DNA of 13,883 nucleotides from Arcobacter sp. (GTDB lineage: Bacteria > Campylobacterota > Campylobacteria > Campylobacterales > Arcobacteraceae): assembly GCA_965662175.1 (NCBI GenBank), contig CBFIGT010000062.1:1-13883 (forward strand), written 5' to 3'. Below are positions 1 to 8,300 of the stretch, piece after piece; position 1 is the first letter of the stretch; each line of letters opens with the position of its first letter. The notes beneath the pieces were generated by a model. The model saw only the letters and a list, made by a program, of their open reading frames with translations, searched no databases and was not told the DNA's origin. The position numbers were made by a program, and so were the translations under genes.

Positions 1-1171
1 TATATTTTAAAGCAGATGAGATGATTGTCATTACTGATTCTACAGCTTCGCACACAAAAAACTCTTGTTTATCTTTTTTTGGCATAAAAAAGTTTCTAAA
101 ATCATCAATAGTATGGGACATATAATTAATAACAACTTCAGCCTCTTTTGATTTTTTTTCCATTGAATCAATATCTAGTTTTCCCATTTTATGTCTAAAT
201 TTAATAGCCATTAAAATAGATGATAGTTCAGACAAAGGCTGCCTCCATTGGTGAGCAATATTTGATATCATTTCACCTAAAGCAATAAATTTAGATTTTT
301 GGACTAATAACTGCTCTTGTTCTCTATTTTTTTCTAATTCATCTAAAACTCTTTTTTCTAAGGTTTCATTTAATTCAATTAAAGCATCAGATTTTGCTTT
401 TACTTTTTCTCGATAATCTTTAAAAAAGTCATCTATTCTTTCACTTAAAAGTATTGATAAAACTATTCCAATAGATAAAAATAGTAAAAATAAAAATACA
501 GTTTGAATTATTTGTGTTCTTAGTTTTCTTTTTAAACCATCTTTTTTTATATTTATATCTTTTTCAATATCATCAATATAAACTCCAACACAAATAACCC
601 AATTCCAGTTTGGATATAACTTAAAATAAGAGAGTTTTTGATTTGTTTCATTTGAAGAAAATTTATTATATGCATATTTTGTAAAAGATTCACCCTTTTC
701 TCTTATATCTTTTAAAAACTCTTCCCTAAATTTTTTTCCATTTGCATCTGTATAGTTTGTAGAAATAATTTTTCCAACCAAATCAAGTCTATTTGGATTT
801 ACTAATAACTTAGCAAAATTATCTCCACCTTGAAAATCCAATATCTCATACACAAATATATAATTACTTCTACTTCTTTCAAAAGAGATATTATTTAAAA
901 GTCTTATGGCTTCTGACTTTAACTCTTCCTCACTAATACCCTCTTTTGTGGCATTATATTTGATTATATCTGTTACAACATCTATTTGCTTTTTTAGTAA
1001 AGCTTTTTGATGTGAATAATAATCATTCACAAACTTATTTAGTTCTAAATCAAAATCTGAATAAGTATTTTTTACATAAAAATATGATATAAACGAAATC
1101 ATTGTTGTCATAATAACAATAAAAATAAATATGATTATTCGGGATATGTTTTTTTCGGTTACTAACTGCAA
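1..1171 (-). CDS. Membrane sensor histidine kinase with periplasmic Cache (sCache_2-like) domain; 3' end runs off the window
   Basis: Not in the ORF track; translated by hand. TTG start at 1171 with GGAG (1180-1177) 5 nt upstream. Reads MQLVTEKNISRIIIFIFIVIMTTMISFISYFY (TM1), Cache-like YIFVY...DANGKKF...KLSYFKLYPNWNWVICVGVYIDDI, TM2 (TVFLFLLFLSIGIVLSILLS), H-box KFIALGEMISNIAHQWRQPL, and MSHTIDDFRNFF. Confidence 0.92.
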   Translation of the reverse strand, partial: MQLVTEKNISRIIIFIFIVIMTTMISFISYFYVKNTYSDFDLELNKFVNDYYSHQKALLKKQIDVVTDIIKYNATKEGISEEELKSEAIRLLNNISFERSRSNYIFVYEILDFQGGDNFAKLLVNPNRLDLVGKIISTNYTDANGKKFREEFLKDIREKGESFTKYAYNKFSSNETNQKLSYFKLYPNWNWVICVGVYIDDIEKDINIKKDGLKRKLRTQIIQTVFLFLLFLSIGIVLSILLSERIDDFFKDYREKVKAKSDALIELNETLEKRVLDELEKNREQEQLLVQKSKFIALGEMISNIAHQWRQPLSELSSILMAIKFRHKMGKLDIDSMEKKSKEAEVVINYMSHTIDDFRNFFMPKKDKQEFFVCEAVESVMTIISSALKY

Positions 1172-1232
1172 ATCAACTCCAAGGGCTTGAAAATTATATT
1201 ATTTTATCATATCTTTTATTACAAGGTAGAGT
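1172..1232. promoter_or_regulatory. Compact divergent promoter region between kinase and response regulator
   Basis: 61-bp gap. Minus strand has TGATAAAAT (1209-1201, extended -10) and TATAAT (1198-1193). Plus strand has TATCAT (1205-1210) and an AAGGT RBS (1223-1227). Confidence 0.5.
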
Positions 1233-1916
1233 ATGAACCATAATTTAATAAACCAACTAAGAGGCTTTACTCTTTTATATGCAGAAGATGAAGCGGGTAT
1301 TCAAAATAATATACATGAAATACTTGATTGTATGTTCAAAGAGATATATTTAGCAAAAGATGGTGAAGAGGCATATAAAATATATTGTGAAAAAAAACCT
1401 GATTTAATAATCACTGATATTAAAATGCCTAAAATGACAGGCTTAGAGTTGGTTAAAAAAATTAGAGAAACTAATCCAAAAGTTAGAGTTATAATAACCT
1501 CAGCACATACTGACTTAGACTACTTACTTGATGCAACAGAGCTTCATTTAGTAAAATATATTGTAAAACCAATTACAGAAGAGAAACTAACAACTGCATT
1601 AACAGCATTTATTGATAGTTATGAAAATAGTACCGTTTTTAACTTAGTTCCATCATGGATTTATGATGAGAGTAAAGCTTTAGTAAAAGGTCCTGGTCTT
1701 GAGTTTGTTTTAACAAAAAAAGAGAATATGTTTTTAAAAATGTTAATCATAAAAGGAAGAATCATAAGTTATTCTGAAATAGAGAATATATTATGGGAAG
1801 AGACTTCAATTATGACTCAAAATGCCCTAAGACTTTTTATTAAAAACCTAAGAAAAAAACTACCAAAAGATATTTTAAAAAATGTCCAAGGAACAGGTTA
1901 TAGATTAAATATCTAA
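1233..1916 (+). CDS. OmpR/PhoB-type response regulator (REC + winged helix)
   Basis: LLYAEDE acidic pocket, DLIITDIKMPKMTGLE phosphoacceptor Asp, TSAH, YIVKP; C-terminal LTKKE...LRLFIKNLRKKL...NVQGTGY winged helix. Confidence 0.95.
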   Translation: MNHNLINQLRGFTLLYAEDEAGIQNNIHEILDCMFKEIYLAKDGEEAYKIYCEKKPDLIITDIKMPKMTGLELVKKIRETNPKVRVIITSAHTDLDYLLDATELHLVKYIVKPITEEKLTTALTAFIDSYENSTVFNLVPSWIYDESKALVKGPGLEFVLTKKENMFLKMLIIKGRIISYSEIENILWEETSIMTQNALRLFIKNLRKKLPKDILKNVQGTGYRLNI

Positions 1917-1917
1917 A

Positions 1918-2721
1918 TCAACGACCAGCTAATATATTTGTTGGTCTAGATTTTCTACCCATAAACTTTCTCTCTTCAAAATACCCATTTGCTAAATAGA
2001 TTATATAAAATACTGATGAAAAGAGTGTTATAAAAGGTATCATTGATATAAAATATAAAATCAAAGTTCTTAATCTTACTCTTCCTTTTTTTCTTCCATA
2101 AATATCTTTATATTCTCTATTATTTAGCATTGTTGAGGAAACATCAAAATTCAACATTTTATGAAAAAAGTAATAAATAGGAAAATTTAAAGCAAATATA
2201 TTTACTATTGGAATAAAATATAAAGGAATAAATAAAACAAAAAGTAAACACATTATAAATAGACTTTTTATGGCAATATATATGGGTGAAAACCATGAAG
2301 AGTTTCCATGCAAATGGACATTTGGATAATTTCTTTTATTAAGAATTTTTATAATATTTGGTGTTAAAAAACCTATTACAATAATAGTTGTAAAAATTGA
2401 AAACATCATAATAAAATAGAGTCCAACTGTATAAAGTAAAAAACCGGCTAACCATGCTGTTATTGAATACTGTAATAAAAAAGTTAATATATTTGCAGCC
2501 CAAGCATAATAAAATGGTGCATTTGGGTCAATAGAAAACTCTTGCCCATTTTGTGTTTGGATTATCACTTGGTCAAGATTAGCCAAACTATAATCAGCTA
2601 TTCCCATAAATAACCAAAACATCACTAAAAAAGTAATAATCAAAGGTATAAGCGCTAGCTTTAACATTTGCGGAGTAAAAAAATCCTTTAGACTTTGCCT
2701 AAAAAGTTCTATTTCATTCAA
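1918..2721 (-). CDS. EI24-domain (CysZ-like) integral membrane protein
   Basis: 267 aa with several hydrophobic helices and LFIPLYFIPIVN...YYFFHKMLNFDV, resembling Campylobacterota EI24 proteins. TTG start with AAGGA upstream (2732-2728). Confidence 0.7.
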   Translation of the reverse strand: MNEIELFRQSLKDFFTPQMLKLALIPLIITFLVMFWLFMGIADYSLANLDQVIIQTQNGQEFSIDPNAPFYYAWAANILTFLLQYSITAWLAGFLLYTVGLYFIMMFSIFTTIIVIGFLTPNIIKILNKRNYPNVHLHGNSSWFSPIYIAIKSLFIMCLLFVLFIPLYFIPIVNIFALNFPIYYFFHKMLNFDVSSTMLNNREYKDIYGRKKGRVRLRTLILYFISMIPFITLFSSVFYIIYLANGYFEERKFMGRKSRPTNILAGR

Positions 2722-2745
2722 ATCAAATCCTTATAAAAAATAATA

Positions 2746-3624
2746 TTATACCTTATTAAACCTTGTTCTATATGAACATTTTTGGCAAAGTTCTTCAATT
2801 AGTTCATCATTTTTAAATCCCTTTTGAATATCTTTTACTCTTTTAGAAGATAAAATCTCTTTTAAACCACTATCAAAACTATTTCCCAAATTTATACAAG
2901 CATCTTTATCTAAACAACAAGGAACAACATCTCCTGAAGCTAAAATCCCAAAATGTGAATCTAATCCATAACAAAAACCACTTTTTGATACAAACTCATT
3001 ATCTAAACTTGGCCATTCAAAATAATCATCAAAATTAAAAAAAGTTTTTTTAGCAATTCTAATATTTTTTGGCTTTGCAACATAAAACTTTTCAATATCT
3101 AAATCAATATCAAAATACTCTTTTGCCTTTGCAAAAACTGCTTTATTAAACTCTTTTGCACTTTTAGCTTCATCAAAATTCCAAACTCTTAAATTAATAA
3201 ATAAGTCTAATTCATTTTCTATTGCATATTTACAAAAATCAAAAATAGGATTTAAATAATCATCTAAACTCTTTTTATGGGAGTTTCCATTATAAGAGTT
3301 TATAGAAAAATTTATTTGTTTAATAGCTTCATTACTAAGGGCTAAATAATGGCTTTTATTCAAATTATTTGCAGTTGTTGTAATATTTACTTTTAAAGCA
3401 TGTTTTAAACTAATATTTAAATACTCCTCTAAATTTGATAAAATCAAAGGGTCACCAACTATATGGTAAGCTAGCTCCCTTGTTATCTCTTTTAATTGAC
3501 TATTTAGTAAATCAAATTTTTCTAAACTCATGGTTTGATTGGGTAGATTTTTTGGTGGACAAAATGAGCATTTTAAATTGCAGATATTTGTTATTTCAAC
3601 ATGTACTTTTTTAAACTTTTTTAT
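2746..3624 (-). CDS. Radical SAM / SPASM(twitch)-domain protein, about 292 aa, probable ATA start
   Basis: The frame extends 31 codons upstream of the track's ATG (3531): IKKFKKVHVEITNICNLKCSFCPPK, which contains the CxxxCxxC motif. C-terminal CYG...GDVVPCC...LGN...CQKC is a SPASM/twitch signature. In-frame TAA at 3636-3634; AAGGT RBS 6 nt before ATA 3624. Confidence 0.88.
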   Translation of the reverse strand: MKKFKKVHVEITNICNLKCSFCPPKNLPNQTMSLEKFDLLNSQLKEITRELAYHIVGDPLILSNLEEYLNISLKHALKVNITTTANNLNKSHYLALSNEAIKQINFSINSYNGNSHKKSLDDYLNPIFDFCKYAIENELDLFINLRVWNFDEAKSAKEFNKAVFAKAKEYFDIDLDIEKFYVAKPKNIRIAKKTFFNFDDYFEWPSLDNEFVSKSGFCYGLDSHFGILASGDVVPCCLDKDACINLGNSFDSGLKEILSSKRVKDIQKGFKNDELIEELCQKCSYRTRFNKV

Positions 3625-3659
3625 TTTTTTACCTTATTATTTATATTTAAATTTGAGAT

Positions 3660-3681
3660 ATTATAGCGAATTAGATATAAT
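3660..3681. promoter_or_regulatory. Back-to-back sigma70 -10 boxes for the radical SAM and helicase genes
   Basis: Perfect TATAAT on the minus strand (3665-3660) and on the plus strand (3676-3681), 10 bp apart. Confidence 0.6.
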
Positions 3682-3716
3682 CTCTTTTTAAAATAATAAA
3701 CTAAAAGGATATTGTT

Positions 3717-5027
3717 ATCAAAACTTTCAATACATCAAAATTATGCCCTGAGATTTTAAAAGCTTTAGAAGATGAAGGTTATGAAACTCCTACAGAAGTA
3801 CAAAAAAAAGCAATACCAATTTTACTAAAAAACAAAGATGTAATAGGAACTGCACAAAGTGGTACAGGTAAAACAGCAGCTTTTGTTTTACCTATTTTAC
3901 AAAAATTATTTGAGACAAAAAATAGTGATTCTAGTAAAAAAAGAGTATTAAGAAGTCTTATTTTAGCACCAACTAGAGAGTTAGCAAAGCAAATTGAAAA
4001 ATCAATTTCATATTATGGAAGATATTTAGATATAAAACAAACACTTGTTGTGGGTGGATTAAGCCATAAAGAACAAATTAGAAAAATTGAAGCTGGGATT
4101 GATGTACTTGTTGCAACTCCTGGAAGATTAATTGACCATTTAAACACTAAAGCAGTTGATTTATCAAGTATTAATACAATCGTTTTAGATGAAGCTGATA
4201 CTATGCTTGATATGGGATTTTTAAAAGATATTGAACTTATACTAGCTGAATGTGCAAAAACAAGACAAATATCTATGTTCTCAGCAACTATGAATCAAAA
4301 TGTAAAAAAACTAGGAAAAGAGTTTTTAAATAATCCTGTAGTAATTGAAGTTTCACCTCAGCGTTCAACTGTTGATATAATTGAGCAGCAAATATATTTA
4401 GTTGATGAAGATAAAAAAATAGAGTTTTTATCATATTTAATAGGCTCAGAAAATTGGGAACATGTTTTAGTTTTTGTAAATACAAAAGCAAAAGCAGATG
4501 AAATAACAGAGCAGTTTAATCTTGATGGTTTAAAAACAGCTTGTATCCATGGGGATGTAAAACAACCAGTACGGGCAAGGGTATTAGCAAATTTCAAAGA
4601 AAAAAATCTTAGAGTTTTAGTGGCAACTGATATTGCAGCACGTGGTATTGATATTGAGATGCTTCCCCATGTTGTAAATTTTGAGCTACCTGAAACAACA
4701 GCTGATTTTACACATAGAGTTGGAAGAACAGGACGAGCTGGAAATCCAGGAATTTCTACAACCTTACTTAGTGTAAAAGATTATAAACAAATGATTGAAA
4801 TAGAAAAAGAGTTGATAATTGATATTCCAAGACTTACCCATGATGATTATGAACCAAGTGAAAAAAAACCAAGACAAGCACGTCCAAAACAAAAATCACT
4901 TAGTGAAAAAAAAGGCTTAAGCAAATTTAAAAAAGAGGCTAAAGATAAACATCAATTACCAAGAAAAAGTCCTAAAAAAAAGAAAACAACAAAAAGAGAT
5001 GCAAATAGAAGCTTTGGGAGAAAGTAA
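3717..5027 (+). CDS. DEAD-box ATP-dependent RNA helicase (RhlE-like), about 436 aa, probable ATC start
   Basis: The frame is open from 3705. Upstream of the track's GTG (4050) lie the Q motif GYETPTEVQ, Walker A AQSGTGKT and motif Ia LAPTRELA. Downstream are ATPGRL, LDEAD, FSAT, TDIAARGID, HRVGRTGRAG and a basic C-terminal tail. AAGGA RBS at 3705-3709, 7 nt before ATC 3717. Confidence 0.93.
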   Translation: MKTFNTSKLCPEILKALEDEGYETPTEVQKKAIPILLKNKDVIGTAQSGTGKTAAFVLPILQKLFETKNSDSSKKRVLRSLILAPTRELAKQIEKSISYYGRYLDIKQTLVVGGLSHKEQIRKIEAGIDVLVATPGRLIDHLNTKAVDLSSINTIVLDEADTMLDMGFLKDIELILAECAKTRQISMFSATMNQNVKKLGKEFLNNPVVIEVSPQRSTVDIIEQQIYLVDEDKKIEFLSYLIGSENWEHVLVFVNTKAKADEITEQFNLDGLKTACIHGDVKQPVRARVLANFKEKNLRVLVATDIAARGIDIEMLPHVVNFELPETTADFTHRVGRTGRAGNPGISTTLLSVKDYKQMIEIEKELIIDIPRLTHDDYEPSEKKPRQARPKQKSLSEKKGLSKFKKEAKDKHQLPRKSPKKKKTTKRDANRSFGRK

Positions 5028-5030
5028 ATA

Positions 5031-5348
5031 ATGGAAATGATTTTAAATGAGAATGATTTAGTAATAGGTGCAAGTTTTGAAAATGGTACAATTCAAGACT
5101 ATGTTGATGATGCCAAAACATATGGATTAATTAGATTTGAAGATACAAAAGCCAATTGGTTTTTATTTAACAATGATGATTCAGATGATTTAGTTAGAGA
5201 ACTTTATGAAAAAATCTCTAAAGATAACAACTATTATACTCACAATGAGTATGGTGAAGAGATTGTAGTTTTCAACAAAGAGGGAGATGCACCTTTTGAA
5301 AAGCTTGTTGAAAAAATTGATGACTACTTAAATGATGGTATATTTTAA
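5031..5348 (+). CDS. Hypothetical acidic protein (105 aa)
   Basis: ATG 3 nt after the helicase stop; fills the gap to the convergent gene; Asp/Glu-rich; no motif recognised. Confidence 0.75.
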   Translation: MEMILNENDLVIGASFENGTIQDYVDDAKTYGLIRFEDTKANWFLFNNDDSDDLVRELYEKISKDNNYYTHNEYGEEIVVFNKEGDAPFEKLVEKIDDYLNDGIF

Positions 5349-5361
5349 TTAAAATATACCA

Positions 5362-8300
5362 TTAACTATTAAAAATTATTTTAAAACAAGCTCCTGTATA
5401 ACTCTTATTTTCATGATTAAAATTCTCATTAGATACATATAATTTTGCATTATGTCTTTCTACAAGTATTTTATGGCTTATTGTTAGACCTAATCCTGTA
5501 CCTAAAGATTTATGTTTTGTAGAGAAATATGGGTCAAAAACTTTTTCAATATTAGTATTAGAAATACCTCCACCACTATCTAAAATTTTTAACTCTAGTT
5601 TATCGTTTTTGATAATTTTTGTAGAAATAATAATAAATCTATCTTCATCATTTATTACATTAGTTTTTAAAATATCTTTACTATTATTTATAATATTAAT
5701 CAAGGCTTCAATTAGCTCGTTTTTATTCCCACTAATTTGAATATCACCATCAATATTTAAAATTAATTTTATAAAGTTATTATTTAAAGAAGCACTTATT
5801 AAAGATATTGTTTCATCTAAAACCTCTTTTATATGTAATTTAGAAATAATTTTTTCACCTTTTAAAAAATTTCTAAAATTATCAATTGTATTTGATAAAT
5901 AATTACACTGTTTTATAATATCTTCATCACACCGGTTTATATCCTCTTTTTCAATACCTGAAATATCTGATTTAATTTTTAACCCTGAAATACTTGTAGA
6001 AATAATACTTAAAGGTTGTCTCCATTGATGGGCTATATTACCAAGCATTTCACCCATAGATGCTAATTTTGCTTGTTGTTCCATTACTTTTAGATTAGAT
6101 ATATCTTTTAAGGTCAATAATACTTTCTTTTTATCAGGAAGCATTGAAGCACTCATATTTACAGTAATAAGTTTATCATCATTTACTTTACAGTTTTTTT
6201 CAACATTACATAAATCCCCATGATTAATAATCTCATCAATATAAGAGATATTTTTTTCTAAATCCTCATCCTCTATTATAAAATCATTAAATTTTTTTGT
6301 AAGTAAATATTCACTTGAATAAGCAGTCATATTTATAAAAGCATTATTAAATCTTAATAAGTTTGTATCTAAATCAACTATAGCAATACTATCATGGCTA
6401 TAATCAAAAATTGTCTCAAACTCCTCTTTTTGTAGTTTTAGCCTTTCTTGATATATTTTTTGAAGTGAAATATCTTCAACAACTGAAATAAAATAATCAG
6501 GTTCATTTGTCTCTATAACTCTTACTAAAGATACAGTTAAATTCACCCAGATAGTTGATTTATCTTTTTTATAATACCTTTTATTCATAGAGTAATTATC
6601 TATTTTCCCATCAATTAACTCTTTAATATAAGCTAAATCTTCTTTTAAGTCATTTGGATGAGTTATATCATGAAAAGTTAGCTCTATTAACTCCTCTTTT
6701 GAATATCCTATAATATCACATAGTTTTTGATTAACTCTTAGCCATTTTCCATCTAAAGATACATGAGAAATTCCAACTGCTGCTTGTTCAAAAGTTTCCT
6801 CAAATAGTTTTAAAGTATGTGTTAATTTTCTATTTTTCTCTTCCAAATCTTTATTTATATTTTTTATCTCTAAGGTTTTTTTATCAATGATATTTTCAAG
6901 ATTATTATTAATATCTTCTAATTCGGCACTAGCTGATTTTAGCTCAACTGATTTTATTCCTAATTCTTGATTTACATGGGAGAGCTCTTCATTTGTACTT
7001 TGTAGCTCTTCGTTTGAGGTTTCAAGCTCTTCTATTGTTGATTGTAAAGTCTCTTTGGTTTCTATTAACTCTTGTTTTAACTCTTGAATATTTAACATTT
7101 CATATTTAATCTCATTATTACTAGAAATATCACTATTCTCAATAAGATTTATCTTTTTAAATACAATACAAATACCCTTTGTAGCTATATCATTTTCAAC
7201 AATTGGAATAATATCTATTTCTACTTTTTTTCCTTTTTCAAAGTTGACTAATAGTTTTACAATCTCCTCTTCCCGTCTAGCTTTTAATATCCCTGTTCTT
7301 ATATCTATTCTAATACTATCTTTTAAAAAGGCAAAAAGTTCTTGAGTAAATCCACCTTTTGGAAATTTTAAATAATTATCAAGATTCCCTTTTGTATAAA
7401 CTATATTATTTTCTCTATTTATTATTAAATAGCTATCAAAATATTTATCCAAAATAGTTTGAGCTAAAGAGTCATGTAAAAGAGTATTCTTTTTTGCTTT
7501 TTGTATTCTACTCTCTTTAAATGGGTTATTTCTTGTGTTAAATTTTTTCATATTATAAGCTATATTATCTATTGTAGGTGAAATTGCTGTTAAATCTTTT
7601 TTAAATATTTTATACTTATTATCAATTATTAAAAATAGATTTGTAAGATTAGTTGTACTTTCACTTTTTCCTAAAAAGAGTAAACCATTTTTATTTAATA
7701 CATTGTAAAAAATTGAAAAAATTCTTTTTTGTAAATTTGAATTAAAATAAATAAGTAAATTTCTACATGTAACTAAATCCATATTTGAAAAAGGAGAATC
7801 TTTTACTATATCATGTTTTGAAAAAATTATTAAATCTCTAATCTCTTTCGAAACTTTATAATAATCTCCATTTTTTATAAAATATTTATTTAAAAGAGTT
7901 AAATCAAAGTTAGTAAATCTTTCAGCTAAATAAACACCACTTCTAGCTACATTTATAGCCTCAGCAGAAATATCTGTTGCAAAAATCTGAATTTTGTTTT
8001 CCATACTATTTCTTTTTAAAAGTTCAAGTAAAATAATAGCAATAGAGCAAGCCTCTTCTCCTGTAGCGCAACCACAAACCCAAATCCTTATTGGTTTTTC
8101 TTTCTCTTTATTTATTAAACTATTTTCAATTACATTTCTTAATTCATCAAAAGCCTGTTTATCTCGGAAAAAAGATGTAACTATAACGAATAACTCTTTT
8201 TGTAAAAGAACTGCTTCTTTTTCAGATGATTTTAATAAATCAATATACTCTTTAATACTATCAATTTTATTAAAAGTCATTCTTTTTCTAACTCGTCTTT

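Noticed and set aside
3712..3759. Out-of-frame TTG opening a 15-codon ORF, or a frameshifted helicase start
   Set aside because: Only 2 nt from the AAGGA SD; the in-frame ATC at 7 nt spacing fits better. Not fully excluded without reads.
3531..4050. ORF-track starts at 3531 and 4050, or pseudogene calls for these two genes
   Set aside because: Both frames continue upstream without stops and encode intact essential motifs.
4288..4597. Minus-strand ORFs 4288-4491 and 4358-4597
   Set aside because: Antisense shadows inside the well-supported helicase gene, with no recognisable motifs.
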